From the NCBI GenBank assembly GCA_951406725.2, contig OX597832.1:60884001-60948000 (forward strand): a stretch of 64,000 nt of DNA. Direction: 5' to 3'. Position numbers and translations under genes: made by a program. Shown one piece after another: positions 13,791 to 28,205 of the stretch; position 1 is the stretch's first letter; every line of letters starts with the position of its first letter. The stretch is from Octopus vulgaris. Lineage: Eukaryota. A model generated the notes under the pieces. The model was not told the DNA's origin. It did no database searches and was given only the letters and a program-made list of their open reading frames with translations.

Positions 13791-14120
13791 AACCCTTTTA
13801 GTCAAGCTTGACTGAACAGATTTATGATCTTTAAACGTTGCAGCCGTGGCCGTTCTGTATATTTCTATGTGTAAGATACTCAAGACGTGAAGATGTGATT
13901 CGTGTGAAATATGGCTGCTGTTTCTAGCCCCTCCACTGATCACCTAGAGGCGGATTGGTTTGTTGATAGTAAAAGTTTAACTAATTACTGCTGTTGTTTA
14001 ATTAACGATATTTTGGGTGTATGAAGATTTGTGTGTATGTGTGTGTGTGTCAGTGAATGTGTGTGTGTTTGTATGTGAAATTTTGTATGTTTTTATGTGT
14101 GTGTGCATCACAGGGCATGT

Positions 14121-14151
<31 letters not shown>

Positions 14152-15119
14152 CATGTAAGTTTGTGTGTTATGTTTGCACGTGTGAAATTGTGTGTCTTTG
14201 TGTATGTTAGTGTGTTTCTATATGTACGTGTGTGTGTGTGCGTGCGTGTGTGTGTGTGTGTGAGTGTTAAAGAATGTGTGAGTACATGAATGTGTGTGTA
14301 CATGAATGTGTGTGTGTGTACGAACATGCAACTGCAGATATTGCATGTGTGTATGCGTATTCGTATTTGCGTGTATGTGTCTATGGTTATGTGAATGTAA
14401 GGATGTAACGATGCAATAACAAAATACACACACACGTCTATGTGCGTGTGTATGTGTATGTGCACATACATACTGTGTGTGTATGCTTATGGATATGCGA
14501 ATGCATGTGCTTGAACGTGCAATTGCATGTATTGTATCTATGTGTGTGTGTGTATGTGTATTTTCGTGTGTGTTTGTGAGTATGTATGCGTGTATGTGTT
14601 TGTGTATGTGTGTGTATGTGTGTGTTTGCTGTTTAATTAATTGCTAATATACACCTGCTAGAAAGAAATAATTAATGCAAAGAGGGTGGGGGTGTAAGGT
14701 TTATTTTTAAAATCGGACAGGAAGTCATCCAATCGTTAACGCCACCAGACGGCCATGTCGTTAACGATTTCAGTCCATAACCGCTGGCCTGGGTTTCCAT
14801 CCCACGTTTCTTTCCCTCTCTCGCTTTCTTTTAAATTTTTTAAGTAAGTTTACAGGAAAGTGCTGAGTTTCATGATTTTCGCAAAGTCTCTGAAACTTGT
14901 GCAGTTTTGGAGGCCATCAATGTTCTTTCCCCACTGTTCTACAGTACTTTAGACACAAGTCTTTCCTTTATCTGACTTATAACTTGAGAATTATTTTGTC
15001 GAATGGTTATGTTCACTAGACTTACTTCTCTATAGAAAGTCATCTCTCCCTTCTTATACCAGGGAAGTTTATTTTAAGTACTACAAAATATTTAAACCGA
15101 AACACACATATGCATACCC

Positions 15120-15121
15120 AC

Positions 15122-15152
<31 letters not shown>

Positions 15153-15156
15153 TCTT

Positions 15157-15193
<37 letters not shown>

Positions 15194-15200
15194 ATATCTA

Positions 15201-15249
<49 letters not shown>

Positions 15250-15257
15250 CTCTATCC

Positions 15258-15312
<55 letters not shown>

Positions 15313-15313
15313 C

Positions 15314-15396
<83 letters not shown>

Positions 15397-15425
15397 CATC
15401 TATCTATCCATCTATCTATCTATCC

Positions 15426-15504
<79 letters not shown>

Positions 15505-15523
15505 CATCTATCTATCTATCTAC

Positions 15524-15603
<80 letters not shown>

Positions 15604-15724
15604 GTCTGTCTATCATCTATCTATGTCTGTCTGCCTGTTTGTCTATCTATCTCTTTTTGTCTATCTATCTATCTGTCTGTCTTCTGCCTGTCTGTCTGCC
15701 TGTTTGTCTATCTATCTCTGTCTG

Positions 15725-15784
<60 letters not shown>

Positions 15785-15870
15785 CCTGTTTGTCTGCTTG
15801 TCTGTCTGTCTATGCCTGTCTGTCTGTCTGTGCATGTATGTATGTATGTCTATCTATGTCTGTCTAACTA
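15120..15870. repeat. (TATC)n/(TGTC)n microsatellite
   Basis: Seen directly; source of the 325-aa LSIY ORF. Confidence 0.96.
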
Positions 15871-15976
15871 CCTATGTTTGTGTGACTGTCAAGAAAAAGA
15901 GCAAAGGTCCTTCCCGAGTGATATAGGCGCTCATAAAACCTGTTTCCCGGTTCCCGTAGTGCATGCACACATTCTT

Positions 15977-16925
15977 CATGGGCGTAGCCAGGTTCTAAAG
16001 TTAGTGGGAGCGAGCACATTGAACAAAAGGCGTCGTAACATCCACCAAGCAATTTTTAGCTCATTTCCCTTATATAACGAGAAGTAGTTCATTAGTTATA
16101 ATGGAGGCGCAATGGCCCAGTGGTTAGGGCAGCGGACTCGCGGTCGTAGGATCGCGATTTCGATTCCCAGACCGGGCGTTGTGAGTGTTTATTGAGCGAA
16201 AACACCTAAAGCTCCACGAGGCTCCGGCAGGGGATGGTGGTGATCCCTGCAGTACTCTTTCACCACAACTTTCTCTCACTCTTACTTCCTGTTTCTGTTG
16301 TACCTGTATTTCAAAGGGCCGGCCTTGTCACTCTCTGTGTCACGCTGAATATCCCCCGAGAACTACGTTAAGGGCGCACGTGTCTGTGGAGTGCTCAGCC
16401 ACTTACACGTTAATTTCACGAGCAGGCTGTTCCGTTGATTCGGATCAACTGGAACCCTCGTCGTCGTAACCGACGGAGTGCTTCCATTAGTTATAATATA
16501 CGTAGCTGTGTTCTACTTTCATGAATTTGGTGTTTCAGTAATAACGTCGTTATGTATGAAATTTCAAAGTACTGATATAAGTGTGACGTACAAAAGGAAA
16601 AATGAAATTCCACCGGATCGTCCAGTGTCGAGAGATCATAATGCCAGGGTTTGTTTTGGTTCTTCAGATGTCAACGGCCGCCAACGCATTACAGGAGACT
16701 GAACAGATTTGAGGTTAGTCAAATAAAGTTATCATTCCAGAAAATTCTTCCAAGTTCATGCAATTAGCAGAAAAAGGAAAAAAAGAAAGAAAGAGATTCG
16801 ACATTTATCGCACAGCTGAACTAAAGAGTTTTTTTTAAAGAAAATTCTTGAAAAGGGGCCAATTTGGAAATAAGTCCTCTGAGAAAACTGTCGCTCCCTT
16901 TGCTCTTCTATTAGCTACGCCACTG
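15977..16925. mobile_element. Old non-autonomous hAT-type element carrying a nested SINE
   Basis: Termini catgggcgtagc…gctacgccactg (CAGTGGCGTAGC-type TIR); flanking 8-mers acattctt/atatcctc differ only by transitions. Confidence 0.55.
16103..16484 (+). mobile_element. tRNA-derived SINE (family C variant) with 13-bp TSD
   Basis: A box tggcccagtgg, B-box-like tttcgattccc; TSD cattagttataat at 16090-16102 and 16485-16497. Confidence 0.9.
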
Positions 16926-17185
16926 ATATCCTCCACTTTCCCTGGAAGGGACAGCGGTCTGTCGAAGGGCTATTCAAATTTGCCAGCTGAGTGGACTAGC
17001 GCAACATGAAAATGAAGTGTTTTGATCAAGAACACAAATGTATCGTCGGAGCCTGAAATCGAAACGACAATCTAATGATCGTGATTGGAACACCTTAACC
17101 ACTGATCCACGAGCCTCTACATATATGCAAATACACATGTGCTGCTGACGATTTCTTTTCCTTTTTTGGACTTTCCTCATTCTTC

Positions 17186-17218
17186 TTTCTGACGAAGAGC
17201 TATGCTCGAAACGTCAAA
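17186..17218 (+). ncRNA. Minimal type I hammerhead ribozyme motif, intact core
   Basis: TTT-CTGACGA-A-GAGC-TAT-GCTC-GAAAC-GTC-AAA. Confidence 0.78.
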
Positions 17219-17520
17219 CTTTCTCTTTTCATTGACTGTCCAGCTAATACATTTCTTGTGCATGTTCTCTTGTCTGTTAATTTTGTTATTCGTTTACTTG
17301 AATTGATTGTTCGCTGGAATCGACTCTGTGTGTGTGTGCATGCGTGTATGTGTGTGTGTGCACGCGCGCGTGTGTATTCTTTATTTGTGGCTTAACATTC
17401 AAGACGGAGACGAGTCTTGAAGTTTACATGTGGCAGGCTTGATAATTTTGTCTCAACATGAAACCAATGGTAGCCTTAAAGCTGAAATTTTGTCTCAACA
17501 TGAAACCAATGGTAGCCTTA

Positions 17521-17935
17521 TTACTCTTTTACTCTTTTACTCTTTTACTTGTTTCAGTCATTTGACTGCGGCCATGCTGGAGCACCGCCTTTAGTCGAGC
17601 AAATCGACACCGAAACTTATTCTTTGTAAGCCCATTACTTATTCTATCGGTCTCTTTTGCCGAACCGCTAAGTGACGCGGACGTAAACACACCAGCATCG
17701 GTTGTCAGGCAATGCTAGGGGGACAAACACAGACACACAAACACACACACACATATATATACATATATACGACAGGCTTCTTTCAGTTTCCGTCTACCAA
17801 ATCCACTCACAAGGCATTGGTTGGCCCGGGGCTATAGCAGAGGACACTTGTCCAAGATGCCACGCAGTGGGACTGAACCCGGAACCATGTGGTTGGTTAG
17901 CAAGCTACTTACCACACAGCCACTCCTGCGCCTAT
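17521..17935 (-). mobile_element. SINE family A, full length, with (TACTCTTT)n tail
   Basis: High similarity to 9335-9808 and 28820-29222. Confidence 0.93.
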
Positions 17936-18105
17936 ATTAACGCTGAAAATAAAAAATATTCATCCACCAATGCGGTGTTGAACACACATCCTCACTGTTC
18001 GAAATTACAGAACTAACACACGCACAAAATGATCTCTCGTCAAAACTGGCGGCGGAGTGTTGCGGTGATGAATGTGTGCACGTCCGTGAGAAAAACAGCA
18101 CCACG

Positions 18106-19110
18106 ATGCAATTCACTCAGCCAGACATTTGGAAGCGACATGCTGAACTGCTCGGCATTCGCGCCGGAAGCTCCAATACGAACATTTCAGAGTGTTTGGA
18201 TATCAGTCTGAAGATAGTGCAGAGGATTCGGAAAGTGTTGGATGAGTTTAATGGTGATTACAAAGGTACGGTAGCTTAGAAAACCCATTCTGATCGTTCA
18301 GATAAGAAAAGAACTCTTGAATTTTTGTTGGTGAAATCCAGGCCATGATTGACAACGATCCCTCCAAGTCAATCAGGTCCATCGCCAGGGACATGGGAGT
18401 GTCTGAGTTTCTTATCAGGCAAGTAGTACCTGGAGACATTCGGTATTCCTCATACAAGATGAGAAAGGAACAATCAAGGACAAGAGGAAAGATCGTGTCA
18501 TGAAGCTTTTGAACAAACTCAAGCATCCCCTCCAACCGAATATGCTTTGGTTTTTCTCAAACGAGATCAGATGGAGAACACACAGAACAACCGTTGGCTC
18601 GTCGTGTCCTCACACCATGCACCGAGAGTGATAAAAATCAAACATCCAGTCAATATCATGGTGTTTGGAGTGATCACTTGTAATGGCGACGTTATGCCTC
18701 CATTCATCTTCTCACACAGCCTCAGACTCAACACGGAGGCCTACATCAAATGCCTGGAAAATTTAGAGCTGCCCTTAATCACGAGGGTGACTGCTGGAAG
18801 AACCTATGTTTGGCAACACGTCTCTGCACCATGCCACACAAGGAGGTGAACCCAGTCATGGCTGTCAGACAATTACAGCGACCACATCACTCCTAACATC
18901 TGGCCACCTAATTCCCCAGACTGTAACCCATTTCTGTGGGGTGCAGTTGAGCGAGTGACCAACAAAACGTGTAACACCAAACATGAACTGAAGACTAGGA
19001 TTATGGCAGCATTCACCGACTTAAACAAAGAGACCATCAAGAAGAGTTGCAGGAGATTCCGAAGTCGTCTGGAGGCCAAGGTTGAAGCAAATGGCGATTT
19101 TATTGAATAA
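18106..19110 (+). pseudogene. Tc1/mariner-superfamily transposase pseudogene, DD37D (maT)-type spacing
   Basis: HTH-like N-terminus (MQFTQPDIWKRHAELLGIRAG…), WFFSNE, IMVFGVI, YVWQHVSAPCHT…WPPNSPDCNP, end RLEAKVEANGDFIE*. There are 36 residues from the mutated second-D position to CNP, consistent with D37D once the deleted L-D is restored. Stops and frameshifts present. Probable right terminus …ttcaccgcaccatg|TA at 19233. Confidence 0.88.
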
Positions 19111-19308
19111 ATTTACTCTTCAGTATTTCAAGATATTTTTATGTAATTCTGGTAAATATATCTGTTATAATGAGATGTCAGTTTTATTTTCATTTTTGCG
19201 TAATTTAGATGACAATTTATTCACCGCACCATGTATACATACATACATACATACATACATACATACATACATACATACATACATACATACATACATACAT
19301 ACACACAT

Positions 19309-19348
<40 letters not shown>

Positions 19349-19720
19349 TATATATATATATATATATTATAGATAGATAGATATACATATATGTATATGT
19401 TATATGTATGCGTATGTGTATATATATCTACGTTATATGTATGTGTATGTGTGCGTACGTGTGTGTGTGTATGCAAAAAATATAGACATGATGCTGTGAC
19501 TCTCATGTTGCCTTCATCATTGAATTTGAAACAAGCGCAGAAAGTAATCAATTGTTCACACAAGACTCTTCGACAACAACCCCCACAACACGGCTACACA
19601 TGACCAGAAATCATGTGAATATCTCTTTCATTTATATTCTGCTACACACAAACACACACACACACACGAGATGGTGAAATAATAATGGCTATGTGTATGT
19701 ATATACATATACATACGTGC

Positions 19721-19752
<32 letters not shown>

Positions 19753-19975
19753 TTATAACCATTCCAGCATCCCGTGAGTTTTGACAAAAAAAAAAAATTA
19801 TATATATATATAATAATTTACCCATTATTCCGTTGTTCTTTTGAGGCGATTGTTTTGTTTTAGTATCGCTGTTAATAACAGACTACACGAGGTACGTTTC
19901 AGCTTTCATAGCACGGGGTACTTAACTTCTATAACGAGCAATGTTATAGCATGCCGTCAGATATGTAACAGCAGA

Positions 19976-20206
19976 AGGCGGTGAGCTGGCAGAACGGTTT
20001 GCAAGCCGGGCGAAATGCGTAGCCGTATTTCGTCTGCCGTTACGCTCTGAGTTCAAATTCCGCCGAGGTCGACTTTGCCTTTCATCCTTTCGGGGTCGAT
20101 AAATTAAGTACCAGTTACGCACTGGGATCGATCTAATCGACTTCATCCGTTTGTCTGCCCTTGTTTGTCCCCTCTGTGTTTAGCTCCTTGTGGGTGGTAA
20201 AGAAAT
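19976..20206 (+). mobile_element. SINE family B, full-length monomer with 17-bp TSD
   Basis: Head ggcggtgagctggcagaa…gagttcaaattcc (B box); TSD agatatgtaacagcaga at 19959-19975 and 20207-20223. Confidence 0.95.
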
Positions 20207-20680
20207 AGATATGTAACAGCAGATCTATATGAAAATCTCACTGGCATTAACTTTCATTTTGTTTATTTAAGATAAAATAAAATAAAATTAAAAATTAACT
20301 ACCTCAGCCTGTGTTAAAATGCAAGTCCTGATTTGAGTTCAAGGTTACATTAGGGCCGATCGTCCGCTTTCCACAGCGTATATATAAGTGTTGTGTGGAC
20401 GCCCCCAGACGATGAAGTAGACTAGCCCAATACGTAGATATAGAGCGAGAAGTCTAGACGTCGGGAGTTGGTGTAGAGTTGAGTAGAGGTCATCCGAACG
20501 TGCGGCATAACAATAAGTGAGCAAAATCAGGGGTTTTTTCCAGTCCGTTGTAGGGTTTTGCAGTGGACTGGAGCGATGAGAAATGAAATATTTTGCTCAA
20601 ACATCCCACCGCACCGCGTGGTCCGAGGGTCTAAACCACGCCCTTACGATCGTGAGGGTAACATCCGAACCACTAGGGCC

Positions 20681-20899
20681 TAGTGGTTTTCAACCAGGGT
20701 TCCACGGAACCTTAGGGTTCCACCAGTACAGTCCAGGGGTTTCGCAAGAAGTTACAAAACTGCTAAAATCGGCAGTAATTTTTAATTCTCCTGTGCAGAT
20801 ATGTGTGCATAAGACTATTAAATTATTGCACAGGGGTTCCTCGAACCAGTGGAATGTTTCCTTGGGGTTTCGCTCCAGCAAAGAGGTTGAAAAGCACTG
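20681..20899. mobile_element. hAT (Charlie-like) MITE inserted in a SINE head
   Basis: TIRs tagtggttttcaacc / ggttgaaaagcactg; subterminal gggttcc repeats; flanks cactaggg / cactaggc. Confidence 0.8.
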
Positions 20900-20989
20900 C
20901 ACTAGGCTATGCATCTTCTTCAAGTGTTGTCTTTTATTTATGATTTCTAACAAAGCGACAATCTCTAGCTTGCGCGGGAAGCATTCGAT

Positions 20990-21460
20990 TAGACAGATAC
21001 CAATATTTGATCGACCCCAAAAAGAATGAAACACAAAATCGACTTTGGTGGAATTTGAACTTAGAACGCAAAAGCCGAACGAAATGTTGCTAAACAGTTT
21101 TTTTTTTTTTAGCTCGCCGGACAAAATACTGAGTGGCATTTCGTCCGTCTTTACGTTTTGTGTTCGAATTCCGCCGAAGTAGACTTTGTCTTTCATCCTT
21201 TCGGGGTCGATAAAATAAGTACCAGTTGTATACTGGGGAAGGGGGTTCTATGTAGCCGACTCATCCCCCGCCTCCGAAATTGCTGGCCTTGCGCCAAAAT
21301 TTGAAATCAATATTTTATTTGTATATGTTTTACCGACTCAGCTCTCGGAAAGATGAGCAGCATAGATGACTTCAGCGGGATTTGAACTAAGAATGCATAA
21401 CGAATCGTGACTAAATGCCACAAGATACTTTCAGCGGTGTGTTACCGATTCTGCCAGTCT
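20990..21460. mobile_element. Cluster of three SINE family B copies (minus, plus, minus)
   Basis: Family B cores at ~21010-21070 (-), 21160-21235 (+), 21340-21460 (-). Confidence 0.8.
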
Positions 21461-21519
21461 GTTATTCTCAGTATCTTCAAGCTATAAGTTTGGAATTTTT
21501 GTATTGTAAGTATTTGCTG

Positions 21520-21609
<90 letters not shown>

Positions 21610-22213
21610 GGTGTGTGGTGGCGGTGGTTATGGACGATGGAATCGAATTGTATATCCAAGACTTTGTGCAATCCTTTGATCCTAGAACTCGGATTCTCGG
21701 AAAAAGAGATGCATTCATCGTCATACTTTTTCTACAGGAATCAGCCAGAAAGAGTAAGAGAGAGAGAGAAGGGGGAGGAAGAAGGGAGGTGGGAAGGCGA
21801 GAGGAGAAGAGGAGAGAGGGAGGGGAAAAGGAGAGAAGAAGAAGAAGAAGAAGAAATAGAAATAGAAAAAGAAGAAAATGAAGAAGAAAATGAAGAAGGA
21901 AAACAAGATGAAGAAAATGAAGAAATGGATGTAAAAAAAGGAAAACGTAGGGGTGAAGAAGAAGAAGAAGAAGAAGAAGAAGAAGAAGAAGAAGAAGAAG
22001 AAGAAGAAGAAGAAGAAGAAGAAAGAGAAGAATATCAATCTCATTTACTGGGCTGAATAGATGAAAGGCCAAGTTGACCTCGACGTGGTGCGAACTGAGT
22101 GTGCACAGAACTGCAACAAATACCACAAGATATTTTTTCTGTTCAACGCTCTAATGACTCCACCAATTCGCCACTTCACATCTCTACATTACACTGCATT
22201 GCACCAACGTTTC

Positions 22214-22295
<82 letters not shown>

Positions 22296-22458
22296 CTGCA
22301 TTACAACATGTATTTTAGGTTGCATCATAGATTAGAAAACAATACACACGCCCATACACACACATACACAAAGTCATACACACACATATACACACATAAT
22401 TATTTCTAAACATAATCGTATACATGTATATATATGTGTGTGTGTGTGTGTACGTGTG

Positions 22459-22490
<32 letters not shown>

Positions 22491-22513
22491 TATGTATACA
22501 TGTATGCGTACAT

Positions 22514-22544
<31 letters not shown>

Positions 22545-22646
22545 CTTACATATATACATATATATATATATGTATATACGTACACACACACATATACATA
22601 CATATATAATTATTTCTATACATAATCATATACGTGTATATATATA

Positions 22647-22720
<74 letters not shown>

Positions 22721-24528
22721 CGTACATATAATCACACCTACCTATCTACATAAATACATACATACATACAAACATACACACATTCTGAAAAAAAGTTTTT
22801 TTTTTTTTTTACTTCATTATTTCTCTATATATTTATATATATTTCTGCACTTGTTTGTTACGCTGCACTGAACACATTTCCGAAGTTCAGTGCTATGGAA
22901 CGACATCTCCCTCCCTTCCTCGTCTCGCACCACCCTTAACTCCTCTTCCCCCACCGCACCCACCTTCTCCGAATGTATAACAAAACAATATATACAATAA
23001 GACAAAACGTAAAATAAAAAAAAAAAGAAGACAAAATACTAAAGGAATCTATAATTTTCTCCTCTTTGTAAGGTCAGAACGAAAGGTAAAAAAAGCTTTA
23101 AATGAATAAACATTTTAGAAATGATTTTTAACATTGGCCCAAGGGCCACAACAATTATATGTATTTCTAGTTGCCGTATGTATTACTAGTTGCCGTCGTC
23201 ATCCTTCTCTTATTTCTCCTTTTCTTCTTCCTCCTCCACATCATCATCACCAGCAGCAGCAACAGCAGCAGTAGCAGTACCATTATCATCATCAAGAGCA
23301 CCAACAACTTCAACAACGTAATAGTTTTTTTTTTTTTATCTAGGCGCAAAGGTGTGAAAATTTCGATGTGTTGTAAAATAGTCGATTGTTATATCGATCT
23401 CAGCAGTTTCATTTGTTTTGATTTGTTGTTTTGCTGTGATTTTATTTTTTGGCTGTGTTATGTTACCGAACTCGGGTTGGATGGAATGCAATGCAAAGTT
23501 AAAAACTCGGCAGGATTTGAAATTCGAAACACCGTAAAGTATTTTGTCCGATGCTCTGACCATGTTGTCAATTCACTGCCTTCACAACCTAGCAACAACA
23601 ACAACAACAATGACAACGACAACGACAACAACATCAGCAACAGCAACAACAGCAACAACAACAACAACAACCTAACAACAACAACTACAACAACAATAGC
23701 AACAACAGCAATAACAGCAGCAACAACAGCAACAGCAACAGCAACAGCAACAATAGCAACAGCAACAATAGCATAATGAATCAAGTTCGGCACGCTTTAA
23801 ACAACCTTCACTATGGTACGGAATCAAAGGCTTGATCGATCGATGGCCAAATGGTAAAGAAGTTCTCTTCGCAACCCATAACGTTCAGAGCTCAATCCTG
23901 CAGCGTGACATCTTAGAAAAATATCATTTTCTTCAGCCTCTGATTGACTCATACTTTGTGAGTGAAATTAAGTTGATGGAAACTGTACTGAACCTTGTCG
24001 GTTGGATCTATAATTCCAAAAGCGATACAACTTGATTTCCATGGCGCGCAAGTGACCGAGATCACGACATTACGCCAGGACGGGACGCCAGTCCGTCGTA
24101 AAGTAACCCATTTACAGCTGAGTGGCCTGGGGCCACGTGAAATGAAGTGAGTTTTCTCAAGAACACAACGCACCGCTTTGTCCAGGAATCGAAACCATGA
24201 CCTTGCGATCACGAGCGCACCATCTTAACCCCTAGGCCACGAGACCTCACATAAACGTAGGAGTGTCATAGGAGATCAGGGTGAAAGAAGTGGAGAGGGC
24301 ATTTGCCCTAGACGCCAAGTCGGTCTTGGTTTTTGTGGGGTTTCCACGAGCAGCTCTTGGAAGTCTCCCTTTTTGGGGGATTTATTTGCTATAATTATTG
24401 TTATTCTTTTGAAACGACTCAGTCCCACTCTATACGTATTATATTGTCCTGTACTTTTCTCAGGCCTTTTGTATTAACTTACAGGGATTAATAAAGAAAG
24501 GGTTATTAATATTATTATTGTTGCTATT

Positions 24529-24611
<83 letters not shown>

Positions 24612-24628
24612 CATTGTTGTTGTTGTTG

Positions 24629-24662
<34 letters not shown>

Positions 24663-24664
24663 GA

Positions 24665-24880
24665 AGGCGGCGAGCTGGCGGAATCGTTAGCAAGCTGGAC
24701 GAAATGTTTAACGGTATTTCACCTGTTGCTACGTTCTGAGTTCAAATTCCGCCGAGGTCAACTTTGCCTTTCATCCTTTCGGGGTCGATAAATTAAGTAC
24801 CAGTTAGATACTGGGGTCAATGTAATCGACTGAATCCCCTCCCGCAAGTTGCCCTTCATGCAAAAAATTTGAAATCCATA

Positions 24881-24945
<65 letters not shown>

Positions 24946-25150
24946 AAAGCGGCGAGGTTGCAGAATCGTTAGCGCGCTGGACGATATGCTCGTCGCCCCG
25001 TTCTGTATTCAAATTCTTCCTAGGCAGACTTTTCCTTTGCTCCTTTAGGGGTCGATAAATCAAGTACCAGTTACGCACTGGTATCGATCTAATCGTCTGC
25101 CCCCACCCCACAAATTTCAGGCCTTGTGCCTACAGCGAAAATGATTATTA
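24665..25150 (+). mobile_element. Two SINE family B copies within (ATT)n tracts
   Basis: Heads ggcggcgagctggcggaatcgttagc (24666) and gcggcgaggttgcagaatcgttagc (~24949), each followed by (ATT)n. Confidence 0.9.
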
Positions 25151-25440
25151 TTATTGCTTCCTGTATATGAAAAAAAAAAGAAAAAAACCAATGCCACGCT
25201 TTGGACATTAACAAGAACAAGAACAAGAAATGGAAGCATCATAATAGATGGATGGAAGATTAAAGAGACAACATGCTATGTATTTTTATTTTCCGATAAA
25301 GAAAGATGTTCTGTGGAAACGTGTATACATCATGTTGTGTTATTATACACGCCGCAACGTATCGTCGACCTCCACCCCGAGAAAAAGCAAACAAAAAACA
25401 AAACAAAAACACAAGACAGAAACAACTACAAAATACTTTA

Positions 25441-25805
<365 letters not shown>

Positions 25806-26070
25806 GGTGTATTAAACAGTATGTTGGTGAGTACAATAGGTGATTAGTATAAAAGAATGAAAATTATACATGTATAAGTGTGTGTGTGTGTTGGGGTGTG
25901 GTGAGTGTATGGCTCTATGCACACTTGCATCTAATAGATATATACACGGAAATATATATAGGTATGCACATATGAATATATATATATATATATTCAAACA
26001 CACATACACACATATATACATACAAACGTTTTCTCATACATTCATAGTTACACATGCACGCATATATGTA

Positions 26071-26114
<44 letters not shown>

Positions 26115-26137
26115 TATACATATATACATATATACAT

Positions 26138-26180
<43 letters not shown>

Positions 26181-26234
26181 TATAATCGCTTTTTATCTCT
26201 CCTCACCGCTCTCTTTCTCTATGTATATATATAC

Positions 26235-26294
<60 letters not shown>

Positions 26295-26339
26295 ACACCC
26301 AACCACACTATATACGCGCGTTTGAGTATGTGGGTGTAC

Positions 26340-26398
<59 letters not shown>

Positions 26399-27007
26399 AA
26401 GAGACGGAGACAGACAGACTGACAGACAGATAGAGACAGAAAGAGAAATATAAATTCTATTCATAGAGATATATATTCACATATACGCACGCGCACATAT
26501 AGAGAAATAAATATAAATATATAGATGTATACATACATATTTATTTAAGCACATAAACAGACACATACACCTAAAAACGCACATGCATATAGAAACACAC
26601 GCTTATATATAGAGAAAGCTCTGCACACATATACACACATGAGCATGTTGTCCTCTGGGAAATCAATTTTAACTCCATAGATTATGAAGAATTTGTTCCT
26701 CTTGGAGATCACTTCCTCGTTTCATAGAGAAATGAAATCTTAGAATATCCAATCTCACAAAATGTCGCCCTTCAGTATTCTTTGACTTGGCTTTTGTTTC
26801 TTCCATTCTGTTTCTTTTTTCAACTTTTCTGAAAAAAAAAAAGAAAAAAACAAACATGATAACAAACAAGAACAAAATAAAATAAACCATTTTTTTTTAA
26901 AGATTTTTTACCTTGTTTTACGTATAATATTTCTTATAAAATTATGTAAAAATTCTTTTGGAAATTCTCTGGAAGTTTCTATAAAAGTTTTGGTGCAATT
27001 CAATAAG

Positions 27008-27120
<113 letters not shown>

Positions 27121-27137
27121 GTATATATATATATGTG

Positions 27138-27168
<31 letters not shown>

Positions 27169-27354
27169 GTATATATATGTGTGTGTGTAGATATAGATAT
27201 GTATATGTCTACGTATGCGAATGCACAATCTACTTATGTCTGTGGAATTTATAGCTTTCATTTAGTGTAGATATCTAAACACAGGCACATACATTCATAC
27301 GCATATATTATGTTTATTTATATGTGTGTATATATATGTTTATATTTGTATATA

Positions 27355-27399
<45 letters not shown>

Positions 27400-28174
27400 A
27401 TTATATACATATATACAGAAAGAGAGAGGGAGAGAGAGAGATAAAAGAAAGTGTATATATATATATATATATATATATACATGCACACATACACCATGTA
27501 TACGACGAGCTTTCGTGCAGTTTCCGTTTAAAGAGTCCACTCGCAAGGCATTGGCCGATTCGGGGCTGTAGTAGAAGCCACTTGCCTAAAATGTCACGGA
27601 ATAGAACTGAAATCACGTAGATGGGAAGCAAAACTCCTAAGTACAAAACTCAAGATTAACGAGAAACACAGTTTCATTTGCAATATAACATGCTTTGAAC
27701 AAAAGTTGTTCACTATATATATCTATCTATGTATGCATGCATGTATGTATGTATAATGAACATTTTAGTGCTGATCAACGACAAAGAAAATTGTGGCACA
27801 GGTCGACGACGGAAAAAATACAAAAGAAATACACGCACTACAAACTACACAAGCTGAACCTTCATCAGTTGTCGATTAAATGTCTTTACAATTTCGACAC
27901 TTTTCGACGATGTTGTTCAATTCTGGCAGTGTCAGTATCATAAACTGCCGGGATATAAAAGGGTAGAAAGATTGGGAGGAGTGGAATAACAGAGAAGGCG
28001 ATGTATGCAAAAAGAACAGCGGCGAATAAAGACGAGTTGTGAGGAGAACAGGACAAAATATAGAGAGAAAATTAAACAAATAATTCGACGAGGATAATAA
28101 CTGAAAAAATTATTTTTAATCAACACAGAGAGATATAAATAGGTCTTTCGACATAGCGACAGATATAACAATAC

Positions 28175-28205
<31 letters not shown>

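Noticed and set aside
14731-14769. 11-bp-stem hairpin (aatcgttaacg/cgttaacgatt); similar 9-bp stem at 22864-22892
   Set aside because: Too short for a pre-miRNA or MITE and not repeated elsewhere in the window.
16103-16175. tRNA-gene-like A/B boxes (also 34333, 52569, 58200-58264)
   Set aside because: They continue into shared SINE bodies with TSDs or tails and lack a proper acceptor stem; they are SINE heads.
23171-23776. 201-aa ORF with a signal-peptide-like start and T/A/N-rich tail
   Set aside because: Composed of triplet microsatellites flanking an antisense SINE B copy.
27840-27870. Minus-strand CTGATGA-AGGTT
   Set aside because: No downstream GAAA or cleavage triplet.
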